This document shows positions 18,101 to 26,803 of a stretch of 46,956 nucleotides of DNA, piece by piece. The notes beneath the pieces were generated by a model, which ran no database searches, was not told where the DNA came from, and was given only the letters and a program-made list of their open reading frames with translations. Both the position numbers and the translations under genes were made by a program. The stretch covers positions 1 through 46,956 of the IMG/VR virus record IMGVR_UViG_3300030102_003865, one strand, 5' to 3'. The DNA is from a virus. Its lineage: Duplodnaviria; Caudoviricetes. How positions within the stretch are numbered: position 1 is the stretch's first letter; every line of letters begins with the position of its first letter.

Positions 18101-21100
18101 AATACGCCAGTCTGCTTGCCCATCGACATCTCTTATAGCGGTGGTTATATCAAGATAATTATTAACCGCTTCCCGTAAAGATGCGTCTTCTTCAAGAACC
18201 GCAGCGGCATCAAGAGCTAGATCGTTCATGAAATTAACCGCAGCAGGATCGAAGGTCGCTGCAACTGAAGGGTCTACCAATCTTACGTACCTACGTGTTT
18301 GTGTATCTTTAGGGTAGAATTTTCCTTCAGCGTCTTTGTAGTTTGTTTGGAAAGAATTAAATCTATTAAATACTCGAAGACCTACTTCACGGAAACTAAT
18401 AGAATCTTTTTGGAGTAAAGGATCATTAAGTACATAGTCCGAAAGGAACTCTAATATTACTTTGTCTGACTTAGTTTCTGAAGTAGCTAAGTTTATTTTT
18501 AAAACAGAAGCTGCTTGCTCAACAGCATCAGGATCGGATGAAGCTAACCTACTCTTAAAAACCTCAAGGCCCTTTTTAGTTGGAGTAGTTACACCAGTGT
18601 CTTCATTAATTTCAACCGCCCCCTCTGTTTCACGTAAGGTTGTGTTCAATTCGTGGAGAACTGTAACCATATTAAACTCTTGCTCAAGAGCTATAACAGC
18701 TTGATCTGAGAAGTCAGACTCAAGTACATCTTGAGCTTTAGGTGATTTAAGAAGGTTTAAAGCTTCAACTTTACCTTCAGGGTTTTCGCGAACAGCTTTG
18801 AAAAAATCTGTGATCTGTTGGCGTACTTCTCTTATAGGCTGCTCTTTGGATTGAGCTGTTCCTTTTTTCCTGAAATTAGATCTTAGTTCGGTTCCCTCTC
18901 CTAATGGTCTAGTACCTACAACAACTCCTCTTTCATTATTTGAAAAAAGATTTAGTACTTCAGTATTGCTAGATAAGTTATCTGCAACTGAAGGGAATAC
19001 TTCGTTGATTGAGTTTTTGTTTACTCGTTTATTACCTGAGAAACCTCCATCAATTAGAACTCCCTCAATCAAATCACTGCCTTCTTTATAAATGAAAGCA
19101 GGGTTTAAATCCGCTTTTGATATAGGGGCTTTGATGGAATAACCCATCAATAAAAGCTTTGCTGCCTTAACAGGATCATTCTCAAACAGTGCGTTTCCAT
19201 CACTATCTAAGTATCCAATAACTTTACCATTATCCTTTACAGGGTTTTTAACATCTTGAGGCAAAAAGCTAGAGCGTTTAGGATAACGACGTTGTATTAA
19301 CTCATTTAAAAGTTGAGATTTATTTTCATAATATCCTTTAGGGAACATTGACCTATCAGGCATACCATGAACAGCGCGGTCTTGAGTAAGATCAACGGGG
19401 ACCCCTTTACGTATTAAGTCTTCAAAAGCTTTTACCTCAGTAGCTGTAAGGTGGTCATCAATAAATTCTTCTTTAGCAATAGGTATATCAGCAGTAGGGA
19501 ATACATACTCCTGCCCTTTGATAATGCTAGTGCTTTCGTTCAGACGAGATATAAGTTGCTGTAACTTTCTTTCTTCAGGATGTATCTTTTTGGTTTTAAC
19601 TTTTTGTTTTGTTGCTTCGTTAGCAACTCCTGAAGTAGGTTGGCTAGATGTATTAGAACGAGAATCTAGTTGAGAAGCTAAAGACTCAGCTACAGATTCA
19701 GGAGATATTTTTTCATCTAGAATATTTAAAAAATTGTCTTGGTACTCTAATTGAAACTCAAGTTGCGTGGGATCATCAGGTGTAGCTTCAAAATCTAAAG
19801 CTAACTCTAACTGAAGTTCTTCTTGTTCTTCTTGTTCTGCTCTATCAGGACCCTCGCTATCTATAAGACCTGAGAAAGGAAACTCTGTTTGGTCTTTAAT
19901 AGAAACAGGAACTAGATTGCCTTTTTCGTCAGGTACAAGGGTTGTTTCAACAGGGGATACTGCGGTATCTTCTGTAGGGTACGTTCCTTCTCCTGCTATA
20001 GGTTCTAATTCTGGAGTTTCTTCTGGAGTTTCTTCTGGTCTTCTTCTCCTTCTTTCTCCTACCTCTCTTTGTGGAGCGGTTAATAACCGTCGAGTCTCTT
20101 GTGCTTCGAACTCGTCTGCTGTAGCGGGAGCTCCTGCCTCTTTAAGTTTTTCTATAATTTCATCTGCAACCTGAGCCCTGTACCTTGCTTCATCGCCAGT
20201 GGGTCCTCCAAGTTTATTATATAACCCTCTTGCTCCTGTAGCACCTCCACCAAATATTCCACCTAATAGCATAGAGTGTCCTACACCCGCAGCTATTTCT
20301 TTTAGCGGAGTGTCTTCATTAAGAGCAGCGTCCCTCACAAAAGTCTGTGCGAGTTCATCAATACCTTCTTCAATAGACTCACTTAAAGTACCTTCAATGA
20401 TAGGAGAGTTGCCTAAAGCTCTTCTCATTTTCTTTTTTAAGAATTTCTCAGCAACTTCGTTGGATACATCATCCCCTAAGTTTACGCCAAGTTGCCTATT
20501 CATTACCCCTTTCATCTGCCTGAAAGTCATTCCATCAAGGAATGCTTCTTCCAAACCACCGCGACCTAACTTCATAAAAGCAGTCGTGATCAATCCTGTA
20601 ATAGTTCCCGCCAACAAAGAAGATCCAATCGCTGCGTCATACTTCTCATCATGAGACATATCTTCAGGCATTGAATTATATATGGTGGTAAACATTCCAC
20701 CTGCACTTCTATTAGCTGACGTTACAAACAGAGAGCCAAAGGTTTTGGAACTCATGAGAAGCTTGTTATCAAGCATCTGGTTGTAGACGTTTATTGCTTC
20801 GATAGCATTTTTCTCGCTCGTGCTCCTTATAAGTTTTTCTTTTAAATTCTTTTCTGCTAGTTCCCTTACTGCAACTTCTCTAGGGTCCAATACCCTTGAA
20901 TATCCAAGACCTGCATCAACAGTCTTTTCTAAAAAATCTTTTTTGCTGGCTGTTCTTAACACTCCCCCAAGCATCCCTTTAGCAAATCCTTTGGCCGTAA
21001 GAGTAGTACCTGTCTTGAGTCCAATGTAAGCTGCACCACCCGCACCCATTGTAGCCATACTTAGAGCAGCCGTTGCTCCTATATCTACAAGCACTGGAGC

Positions 21101-22615
21101 AACCATAGTCATAACATCCATACCTAAGCCGTATTCCTGATTGAATAACTTAGCGACTTCTCGTCTTCTGGATTCTTCTTGAGCAGCTTCTCCTAATCTT
21201 CTAGCAGCATCTTCGCTTTTAAATAAAAGAGCAGCGGGGATGTTATATAAAGAAGTAAAAGAGTCGCCTATAGAAGCCAGTATAGAAGTAGACTGATTTT
21301 TTAAAGCATCGTAATTATCTTGATTAGATAAAAATTTATCGAGAGTCTCTACAGGATCTTCTCCTGCTTGGGCTCCCTGAGCAGACGCAGCTATCCACTG
21401 TTCAGAAGTAGCTTTAGTTTCTTTTAGTATGTTATTAACAGACTCATACCTTTGCCTCTTATAAAAATCTCTTTGGTTTCGTAACGAATCTTTTTGCTTA
21501 TCAGTTAGCCTTGTATCTTTTTCTAGAGCCTCTTCAAAACGAGTAGGCTGTAACATAAGTTGTGGGTGCGCTACTGCTGTCGTACCATACACACGAATAT
21601 TTTTAGTCAGGTCTGCGTCTTCAGAAAAGTATTCAAACTCTCCAGAAAGGTTAGCTCTAAGAGCAGCTTGTTCTTCTATAACAGACTTAATCTCTTCATC
21701 AGAAAATCTTTTAGAAGCAAGATTTAAATTAACATCTTTGTCTTTAGAGTATTGCTCGGCTAATTGTTCACGTAGTAATTTGTTAAAAAAGTTCCTATCT
21801 TTTTTAACAAACATTCCACCGTGTAGTTCTTCTTTAGCGGATCTACCCTGATCTTCTCTAATAAGTAAATCAGATAAAGCATCGAAGTTTTCTCTAGCTT
21901 GGTCATTACCCACCTCATCCGAAAGTAGGTTTTGTACTTCATTTAATAATCGGCTTCTCCTCTGATCTTTAAATCTGTTAGCTCCGATATCGCTTCCTTG
22001 CTGTAATCCTGACTGAACGAGAATAGCATCTTCATAAGAGACAGCTCCATCACGAACGGCATTTTCAAAAGCTGAAACAGGATTCATTACTGAAGTCCCT
22101 CCAATAATTTGTCTGCTTCCATCAAGATTACTTAAAGAAGCAAAAGGAAGTTCTCCTACATCAACAAGAAATGACTTAGCATCATTTAAAGTTTTGTTAA
22201 GAACCTCTTCACTCTCACCGTTTTCTTTGCCCTGCTTCCAAACGCTCGCGACGTTTTCTCCAAAAGCTCTAGTAACAAGATTAGTCTGCTTGTCTAAAGA
22301 TACAGGATTAGGTTTAAATATCTCAGAGTTCGGGGTCTCTTCATCAATAAATCCTTCTTCTAGTAAGTGTCTTTTTAAAGAGGCATTGATATTACCTTCA
22401 ACAGCTTCACTTAAAGTACCTTGATCGAACCAATGCATACGATGGTAGTTCGCATAGCTCCTCCACTTTTGTTCACGATCTGGTATTCCTGATCCAATTT
22501 GAGCGTCCCATGTATCAAAGTCTAAAGGAGGCGTAACATTATCGGCCTCCTGTGGGTTAACGGGTTCTATTGCAAAGGGTGATAATCCCTTAGAGAAGGG
22601 CGATATTTCTGACAT
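9140..22615 (-). CDS. Giant polyvalent protein, probable internal virion (ejected) protein
   Basis: 4491 aa; Gly/Ala-rich hydrophobic N-terminal segments, EEVAH zincin-like motif, three HG[ST]...[FL].P..IK ART-like modules, ParB-like DGNHR, 2H motifs HIT/HVT, SAM motif DIGGG. Confidence 0.8.
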   Translation of the reverse strand: MSEISPFSKGLSPFAIEPVNPQEADNVTPPLDFDTWDAQIGSGIPDREQKWRSYANYHRMHWFDQGTLSEAVEGNINASLKRHLLEEGFIDEETPNSEIFKPNPVSLDKQTNLVTRAFGENVASVWKQGKENGESEEVLNKTLNDAKSFLVDVGELPFASLSNLDGSRQIIGGTSVMNPVSAFENAVRDGAVSYEDAILVQSGLQQGSDIGANRFKDQRRSRLLNEVQNLLSDEVGNDQARENFDALSDLLIREDQGRSAKEELHGGMFVKKDRNFFNKLLREQLAEQYSKDKDVNLNLASKRFSDEEIKSVIEEQAALRANLSGEFEYFSEDADLTKNIRVYGTTAVAHPQLMLQPTRFEEALEKDTRLTDKQKDSLRNQRDFYKRQRYESVNNILKETKATSEQWIAASAQGAQAGEDPVETLDKFLSNQDNYDALKNQSTSILASIGDSFTSLYNIPAALLFKSEDAARRLGEAAQEESRRREVAKLFNQEYGLGMDVMTMVAPVLVDIGATAALSMATMGAGGAAYIGLKTGTTLTAKGFAKGMLGGVLRTASKKDFLEKTVDAGLGYSRVLDPREVAVRELAEKNLKEKLIRSTSEKNAIEAINVYNQMLDNKLLMSSKTFGSLFVTSANRSAGGMFTTIYNSMPEDMSHDEKYDAAIGSSLLAGTITGLITTAFMKLGRGGLEEAFLDGMTFRQMKGVMNRQLGVNLGDDVSNEVAEKFLKKKMRRALGNSPIIEGTLSESIEEGIDELAQTFVRDAALNEDTPLKEIAAGVGHSMLLGGIFGGGATGARGLYNKLGGPTGDEARYRAQVADEIIEKLKEAGAPATADEFEAQETRRLLTAPQREVGERRRRRPEETPEETPELEPIAGEGTYPTEDTAVSPVETTLVPDEKGNLVPVSIKDQTEFPFSGLIDSEGPDRAEQEEQEELQLELALDFEATPDDPTQLEFQLEYQDNFLNILDEKISPESVAESLASQLDSRSNTSSQPTSGVANEATKQKVKTKKIHPEERKLQQLISRLNESTSIIKGQEYVFPTADIPIAKEEFIDDHLTATEVKAFEDLIRKGVPVDLTQDRAVHGMPDRSMFPKGYYENKSQLLNELIQRRYPKRSSFLPQDVKNPVKDNGKVIGYLDSDGNALFENDPVKAAKLLLMGYSIKAPISKADLNPAFIYKEGSDLIEGVLIDGGFSGNKRVNKNSINEVFPSVADNLSSNTEVLNLFSNNERGVVVGTRPLGEGTELRSNFRKKGTAQSKEQPIREVRQQITDFFKAVRENPEGKVEALNLLKSPKAQDVLESDFSDQAVIALEQEFNMVTVLHELNTTLRETEGAVEINEDTGVTTPTKKGLEVFKSRLASSDPDAVEQAASVLKINLATSETKSDKVILEFLSDYVLNDPLLQKDSISFREVGLRVFNRFNSFQTNYKDAEGKFYPKDTQTRRYVRLVDPSVAATFDPAAVNFMNDLALDAAAVLEEDASLREAVNNYLDITTAIRDVDGQADWRIGVMSGNEVLGLILDQGPTLRSIDLDSKTTLTREKTMGQAFLDLYKKSLRGKDSRPLHTLLRLISGTTDSVSKEGDITKDLALLEDVRARVEATLGQSFSTPKTIAVINAIRKSSAEAHTTTHYAFGEQATPDVPTATESVSDITSRTIDDLRKLQKIAKSVGSVEQGVEEVWSPRATGEPDVLRTEISPTNKRRLDNQEAGQDETDTSKVESDDTLTVDESNILTRLINRMGMFVRRNGLSLNITNTTGGLAAARARTGDVFLNQNSVANLIKKGKSESVIRRILNSIMGEEVAHVASYRSISKKQLNKLINETTDAEFETIVDEYTPDNPARNEQLKAALQSEEETTVQQTKEILIEEKLRMYAQDRMTGTTSEANYEFWTGDPTKLQIVLEYLRRMVSRLLKLKKKGLTTPEMDMAISNLVEEINVLMGRDRFTAGNLVFDPNSPDDYITGLQNTTLGEVFPEDTPELEDPDILQSELAADTKQFRKLILTGDSGNNNLEDLLNSKEVEKVLDVSILNEEDNTRAKVQILDAWVADNKKSVADLNALVKKAAEANGYDTSTVYYHGSTKYNIDTPQTRFGTVSAFVSETPKDAQSISAIAQQESLSDIILHRWYIKKDLKLFDHEDPSQVDEFISKLKQEDEFKNLSEGEFDESMFREKLKQGQYSFFSNYEVTNLAYDDDPRKINLSVRNALKRLGYDGHYEREDTSGKYGRSLAIFEPYNIKSAETVTFKQSLNAVEDREDGGLRYETQVVPLDLRFDPMRTEVLFTSLGITGKPIEAGPETDRILDTSAKDAGIRAQGKFDEMGVARSFLDEIPEFESNYNNLKAILLETREQIGEVSREEMPIVQPQQVEEFGRFLSEKLERPVSVRQKSVRVATMKPYQTELFFPKTVWFAMQKHFNMQDSVGGLSDKPFSVMSSDGFILDGNHRYGQMMLINPESMANVNVVDLPIEELIPLAQEFSDMMGNNRKIDRGGQELRLSDLGPFDIEALNNNEDPIKGRVVKTGIYMLKSEKLSELVQQEQQNFKFGKSNFIPLKEEDIHITLISKEFTDEVAETDILGEAFRLTGQSPVAVFPNLTFHAPEISTQIQPDGTLRQSLVRRVVEQEVLNNFVEKNIIGGPSPDKDRIYHVTIGNLTGNPRDSVAYPNPTNSVVVNSKEHLKMQREGTYRDKIKAVRGQAYMDAADPSKERDLSLTQLLETEARQKGHVVEGAPVIVFHGSTNKDLKTFDSNFIMRSVGGHGFYFTGNYNVAANYAQGDVGRVYQTFLKADKVFRTRVSHTEGSYRLIEDYSSGTDAAIQDKQEFFKEFAEGLSREYNLSEIEIDQFLYETGYATEKQPIVYLVDGLKFDQQVRELVKTYPENSNFRKIEEDLIKSAEDFDTTRSETFARQGADVIRISPDQTNRRAAATKLVSKISGYDAIHYEASDVWVVFSPEQIKSAEVTRDDFGDIIPLSNRFDTGPRLLHSGLGATENIWTYPEGQQISSADTSINRDKLPATFGSLTDKGIIEWEEGTKNADIGGGSFDNGTEKLATLGVANFIYDPFNRGEVHNKRVVEEIRDGQSDTATVNNVLNVIQEEDSRGLVIRQAANAIKPEGKAYFLIHEGNRDGVGKTTTKGWQNHKKAADYVPEIKEFFGKVIKKSNLLIATEPVKEDLLKSELGATNDRYMELAQDPEGNKEVLQQFVKRAAESTGYTVGPLFHGTPADFDAFSYRKIGFGTGFAYGTGFYFTKSRTVAEGYTRVGKFRGRILSAYLKVNNPRPHDSAPLSAEELRPVLERVNELEFQDMLKEDPEASINDTFVANFGSIEAAVEMLSDPVQNETIAEQLGAMNGSGIYAKHYHQALKEVTGIDALTADFVTNSGEDATITVVLTPEQIKLSDPVTYDEDGNIIPLTDRFDPTMDSFLYSELGATDKKISGYTYSTEEVTVDRLEKMLEAPVYEDGVYDSEKRKDSWWRKFKVAMTGSLDIRVRRMFEQREAFNRAVQNDVNLRATKLRKILDKDFIDKGFSIPYELISEATGSSKVVSIPDDVRDAINLQHKSRKADINEKAKRKEITEEEKKTLLEDATNKYKNDIRKQQDVQREIIRKKKDAALTQLEKVSPEFVNELKALRDTVDSLSIKLKELYNVDVDLSATIDSNLGIYITRSYKMFNEAGWLDKVTKDPKFSTVRDNAAKYFADTYKQARIKAFIKDGKEESEATALAEKELTENKDLGRSMMLSFLHSYKDKESSNLIAGPEAVESFASPLINQLKKKRDIDESIRALLGEETDEGAGFKNLLRTYLSVGMMASNQAFMKNLLEIGRRKGNEWILTKDELKKKRLENIDEYGGSRYKQIKAGGAEAYDPFRNFEVEVDGEPKNVQLFAPAEMVDGLMSVLNPPSQESANDAEKIASGSFKMIARITGLSLGSKTLGNIGFYVRNVISNAFYFGPANGFVKWGSMTKSLITELDRRGIRQETANDYYTELIALDVIGNEIRPKLIEELLSGQTSPEKVLNDFEKNLSRLENEEGKSISRKGKELAQKANEKTWGKAKELSAIVDAFYKIALFEHELKYLIDAREASRKDGKQDFYATKTDYQLKRLAAEKVVMTSQTYSQAPPIITGLQGHTFGVMFSPFLRFKGEVIRTYFNTWNLALKESKDSNPVIRKRGRRRLAGIGFVTGVSSVIVPITTRLLQGIFYDDDEALRDTLPPYMQNQSLIYYTNPLTKERRNFSLTFINPYSMLTDPSLRAMEHLVHGNTSKTVESLVKGTLGEFFDDQIFMRAFLNAKSNFDPKKEEPIYEENDLLHEKFTKSLGYVLDEALTPPTLTKLIEDKAIFKDGFDITKAPEVISNIIGQFKPATTYPIEFDVRLSNFVSKRKGEFDRINSNKFRLLTDDVMTKSEITSLAKKEIEGRRRVNAHLNRVFRSFERQGLSKEEIYKIGLQRGMSKRRVQLLLAKGLMDRPSLPMPFIERMVRKGETHIQRLRDFQAELNKYPRFLSVDP

Positions 22616-22649
22616 AGCAGTAAATAAGGTTATGTTGTGTTATTGAATA

Positions 22650-23807
22650 TTAAAAAATAGATCTTTGTTCTGTCTTAGCTTGTGCAGTGCCTAAAGGAGA
22701 AGCTCCTTGGCTTGATAAAAATTGTCGTGTTTGCATAGCCACCATGTCGTTTAGTGCTTGCGTTAGTTCTTCTAAGGTTCCTGTCTCAAGTAACCTGCGA
22801 CGCTCTTTTGTGTTTGGATCTTGAGAGGTGAGTTGGGATATGTTATTAAGGCCAAGACTGTTAAGTATAATATTTCTGATGTATTTCTTTTTAAACTCAT
22901 CAGTATTTCCCTTTGCGCCTTTTGCTTGCTCTGGGTTTATACCCAATGCGCCTAATAAAATTAAATCTTCCGTCGTCAGTTCGTCCTGTCCTGTTACCCA
23001 TTTTGTAGCAGTGTTAGCGTGTTTTTCTAAAAATCCTAACATGGCTTCCTGAGACTTTTGCCCTCTAACTGTCTGCCTTTGTTTAGATAAACCTCTAGCA
23101 AGTGCGCTATAGCTGTCTATTTCATTTTGTGATAAACCTGATATGCCTTGTATTCCTGCTTCATCCCCTATCTCGGCAAGCTTTAATGCTATAGATCGCG
23201 GAGCTGTTCGACTTGCCCCTGTAGCAGAGGTGGTCTTTTCAAATAAACCAATCAAGTTAGCAGTTGCAGGATTGTTAAGAGCTGTAGGATTATCAGTAAG
23301 TATATCTAACATCCCTTTAGTTCTTTGTTCCTGAGACACTCCAGTTTCAAGTAAAGGTTTTAAGCGTTGAGCAACAATAGGAGCAAGGTTAGCGGCTTTA
23401 CGTTCTTCACGCATCTTACGTTGAGCATCTACAACACCCAAGAAAGCTGCTTGCCCTTTGTCAAACGCCTCAAACTGCGGTTCAAATCTTCTTCTAAACC
23501 CTTCTTGTTCTGAAGGAGTCATACCTGAATTAGCAAGATCACTAAAGAACTGCCCACGCATAGGGGCTATATCTCTTTGATAATCAAAGTCGGGTTGAGC
23601 TGCAAGCTTTTGAGATTCAGCGATCAAGTTAGACGCTTCATTCTCCATGATGCGGTGCTCTGGTCTGTATATAGTAGGCTCATTAAGACGAGCCTGTTCA
23701 GCAGCCATAGCCATTTGACCAGCCTGACTTGTATATCCTTTTCTTCTTAACCGACGAGACGCACGTTTAAGTTTATTGGAAACACGATCACGAGAAAATC
23801 GAGCCAT
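22650..23807 (-). CDS. Probable internal virion protein
   Basis: 385 aa, helical Ala/Gln-rich with Arg-rich N-terminus, directly upstream of the giant gene; function from context. Confidence 0.55.
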   Translation of the reverse strand: MARFSRDRVSNKLKRASRRLRRKGYTSQAGQMAMAAEQARLNEPTIYRPEHRIMENEASNLIAESQKLAAQPDFDYQRDIAPMRGQFFSDLANSGMTPSEQEGFRRRFEPQFEAFDKGQAAFLGVVDAQRKMREERKAANLAPIVAQRLKPLLETGVSQEQRTKGMLDILTDNPTALNNPATANLIGLFEKTTSATGASRTAPRSIALKLAEIGDEAGIQGISGLSQNEIDSYSALARGLSKQRQTVRGQKSQEAMLGFLEKHANTATKWVTGQDELTTEDLILLGALGINPEQAKGAKGNTDEFKKKYIRNIILNSLGLNNISQLTSQDPNTKERRRLLETGTLEELTQALNDMVAMQTRQFLSSQGASPLGTAQAKTEQRSIF

Positions 23808-24871
23808 TATCTATTTCTTCTTCTTCTTTTTTCTAATTCATTTACCTCAGCAGGAGAAAATGATCTATAACTAACATTAGTCCTTCCTTCAAATCTTTCA
23901 GAAGGAGTTTCTGTTCTTACAACATTAGGATTTCTTGGAGCTCCATAAGTTCTCCGTCTCTCAGGCATACGCTCGCCAGACATAGCACGAACTCCTCTGG
24001 GAGATACACCCGTATCAGCAAAAAATTGTTGAGCTCCTTTTTGTGAGGTAGCTAGATCCCTCATTCTGGACTTAGCTTTATCTAAAGCAGTGGCTTTAGG
24101 GTTGTATGTTTTTCCTTGTTCTCTAGCCATTCTATCACGGACGACTAAATTCCTAGCAGCTACTTGTTCATCAGTTCTTTGTCTAAAAGGAGTTGGTTTC
24201 CTCATTTCTCTAGCAGCAGTAAGAATACTACTGGACCCTAATTGATAAGTATCTCCTGCTAAAGTTTCGCGAGCTCTTTCTAGAGCAGTTTTTTTAGTCT
24301 GAGGAAGAGTTAACTGCGATTTCACATCCCCCGACATCCCCTTAGAAACATTAGCAGCAACCTCATCATCTCGCGCAATTAATGCTCTTCTTTGCTCTGG
24401 AGTCATCCCTCTAAATTGTTTTCTAGTAACACCTCTTATGCCCCCACCAGTAGACCCCATCGAGCCAGAACCTGTTCCTGCTGTTCCTTGTTGGCCTGTT
24501 GATCCTGTAGGTTCTGAGGGTTGAGCTGTACTAACAGGAGGAGTAGAAGGTGATTCAGCTTTTTCGGTACTCTCTGTCGGAGGTTTCAAATCCGCAAAAG
24601 CTTTTTTTGAAGCTATGCTGTCCCCTATAATTTGCTCTTTAGTTAAATTAGGAAAATACTTGTCTAATTTTTTTTGATCTTCAGGAGAAATTGAATCTCT
24701 GGAAAACCTTGAAACTAAACCAGTTAGCTCATTATATAACTTTTTAGTCATTAACCCCTTACTAAAATCCATCTTAGGGTTAAATTGCCTACCTCCTAAG
24801 AGAACATTTCCAAAAACTTCAGGGTTTCTTTCGACAAACTGTTGAGCTGCTATATCTATTGCGTCGGCCAT
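23807..24871 (-). CDS. Basic low-complexity hypothetical protein, probable virion protein
   Basis: 354 aa; stop overlaps next start (TAATG). Confidence 0.6.
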   Translation of the reverse strand: MADAIDIAAQQFVERNPEVFGNVLLGGRQFNPKMDFSKGLMTKKLYNELTGLVSRFSRDSISPEDQKKLDKYFPNLTKEQIIGDSIASKKAFADLKPPTESTEKAESPSTPPVSTAQPSEPTGSTGQQGTAGTGSGSMGSTGGGIRGVTRKQFRGMTPEQRRALIARDDEVAANVSKGMSGDVKSQLTLPQTKKTALERARETLAGDTYQLGSSSILTAAREMRKPTPFRQRTDEQVAARNLVVRDRMAREQGKTYNPKATALDKAKSRMRDLATSQKGAQQFFADTGVSPRGVRAMSGERMPERRRTYGAPRNPNVVRTETPSERFEGRTNVSYRSFSPAEVNELEKRRRRNR

Positions 24872-24877
24872 AAACTA

Positions 24878-24905
24878 AATTTAAACTCTTTTTTCATAAA
24901 GGCAA
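24878..24905 (-). promoter_or_regulatory. Putative promoter for a leaderless transcript
   Basis: TTGCCT-N16-TAAATT, 6 nt before ATG 24871. Confidence 0.5.
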
Positions 24906-24942
24906 CACGCTAAACCCTACATATATTATTCTTCTATACACC

Positions 24943-24981
24943 TAATTAAGTTTATTCTATTATTTAGAATAAACTTAATTA
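24943..24981. repeat. Perfect 17-bp AT-rich inverted repeat
   Basis: TAATTAAGTTTATTCTA-TTATT-TAGAATAAACTTAATTA. Confidence 0.9.
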
Positions 24982-25009
24982 CAGCTCTGAGAAACTTTCC
25001 AATTTACTT

Positions 25010-26776
25010 TTACAAAGGATTGTTAGCAAGAATACCTGTAAGCCTCTTCATTGATTTGTGTGGTCTTGGCTTTCCTGATGGAGATGCGGAAGGAGGATCG
25101 ACCGCTACTAAACCGTGTCTTTGACGAGCAACATCTAAACACAAGAAAGCTGCGTCCGCTAAGTCAGGGCTTTTACCGAACCTAGATTTAAATTCTACTT
25201 TAGATTCCATCTTCATTCTCAAGCTCGACCCTTTGATCATGTCATATTTTCTTCCTGTTATTTCTTGAGCTAGATCTGACGATATACCGAACAGTTGTTT
25301 AGTCCTTATTAACTCCTTTCCAACAAACCAAAGTTCGGTTACCCTATTAGTATACAATTCATGCGCTAATTTTTTACTATTAGCACTGACTTTTTTATCC
25401 GTAGCCTTTCCCCCAAATGACACCCGAAGAATATCATCACTCCACTCCCCTGCCAGCAAGTCACATAAAGGAGCTCCAGCACCTGTCGAGTCTACTGCAA
25501 GATCAAGAGGAAGAACCCCCCGTTTCTCGCACTCCCGACGAACCTGCTGAACAACCTGATAACTCCGAGGGGTACTCTTGTTGGTGGCATCGTCATTGAT
25601 TTGGACGGCTTCTCCTAGTTCGCAAACATATTGGCCTGTCGTATCATAACCGACCTTGCCAAATACTAACATACATCGATCACCTGAATTAGTAAACGCG
25701 GGGTCAAATCCACATATATTTACAGGACTACCTTTCCATTGTACCTGCCTCATGGACCCTGATCTTGCTAGTTCTGCTTCAGTATAAACACCTTCTGCTT
25801 CATCGCTATCAAAGAAAACAGCACGTACCATCCGCATATAACCTCTACTATTAGGACCTAATAAAGCCTTATCTTCATTTAGTTTTTCAGTTGTTGGTAG
25901 CCAAGGGTATAGTACTTCGTCAGCTAGAACATTAGGAGATCTCTCTGCATCGAACCTAATATAAGTACCACCCCACTTTGTTTCCCATGTGTCAGCAGAG
26001 TTGGTATCTACTGAATCCCATCCACCTTTAGGCTCTGAAAAAACTCCAAAGGCATCGAACCGAGACGATGGGTTACTAAGAGCGACCAGAGAAAAAGAAG
26101 GGTTCTTAGATAAGTTCGATAGAGAAGCTTGCAATATACTTTCACTTAACTCAGAAAGCTCATCACCAATCAGAATAACTTTCTTTTGTTTAATACCGAT
26201 AAGTTTACCGATAGCGTCTTTTGTTCTGCTTCTCTCTGAAGCTATCAAAGATAGTCCCGCTTTCTCTACAAGATTACCTGATGGTGTAACGTAACAAGCG
26301 TTACCTATACTGTCTCTAATTCTTATCGGTGCTAGACCTTCAAGAGGTAACAGCAAACTGATCACTGATCCCCAAATCCTTTTCCTTGCTTCACGAAGCG
26401 TGGTTGATGTTAAAAGAACTAGAGTATCTTGGGGTTGGGCTAACCAACTAAGAACTCCCCATGCAGCTAGTGTATGTGATTTACCTGAAGAAGCTGCTCC
26501 TCCTATAGCAACATACTTGTTTTCAATAACAGCTCTGATCATTTCTTCTGCCCACGGATGTCTAATCATCAGAGGTTCGGCAACTAAATCAGGGTTATTG
26601 AAGAGCTCATCACACAATCTCCAGAAGTAATATTCCCTAGCGTCATGGTCTGTGTGATGATGAAACCCATACAACAAACCTGTTAAAGTATTTGTAGGAG
26701 GTAAGATAAAACCACCAACATCCATTTTTTGTTTGGTATTTATTCGTGGTTCAAATTTAAAGTTCTTCTTAGTCAC
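25010..26776 (-). CDS. terL: Terminase large subunit
   Basis: Walker A GAASSGKS, Walker B LIGDE, coupling LSNP, nuclease motifs GFDPA, AVDSTG, SPDLADA. Confidence 0.9.
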   Translation of the reverse strand: MTKKNFKFEPRINTKQKMDVGGFILPPTNTLTGLLYGFHHHTDHDAREYYFWRLCDELFNNPDLVAEPLMIRHPWAEEMIRAVIENKYVAIGGAASSGKSHTLAAWGVLSWLAQPQDTLVLLTSTTLREARKRIWGSVISLLLPLEGLAPIRIRDSIGNACYVTPSGNLVEKAGLSLIASERSRTKDAIGKLIGIKQKKVILIGDELSELSESILQASLSNLSKNPSFSLVALSNPSSRFDAFGVFSEPKGGWDSVDTNSADTWETKWGGTYIRFDAERSPNVLADEVLYPWLPTTEKLNEDKALLGPNSRGYMRMVRAVFFDSDEAEGVYTEAELARSGSMRQVQWKGSPVNICGFDPAFTNSGDRCMLVFGKVGYDTTGQYVCELGEAVQINDDATNKSTPRSYQVVQQVRRECEKRGVLPLDLAVDSTGAGAPLCDLLAGEWSDDILRVSFGGKATDKKVSANSKKLAHELYTNRVTELWFVGKELIRTKQLFGISSDLAQEITGRKYDMIKGSSLRMKMESKVEFKSRFGKSPDLADAAFLCLDVARQRHGLVAVDPPSASPSGKPRPHKSMKRLTGILANNPL

Positions 26777-26803
26777 ACTTGAAATCTATTAGTTATAAAG
26801 GTA

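Noticed and set aside
9140-22615. Virion RNA polymerase (N4- or crAss-like) as identity of the giant protein
   Set aside because: No convincing polymerase catalytic motifs seen; a divergent one cannot be excluded without structure prediction
10083-23334. Numerous short ORFs overlapping the giant gene and its neighbour
   Set aside because: Antisense or out-of-frame shadows of long coding frames with no independent signals
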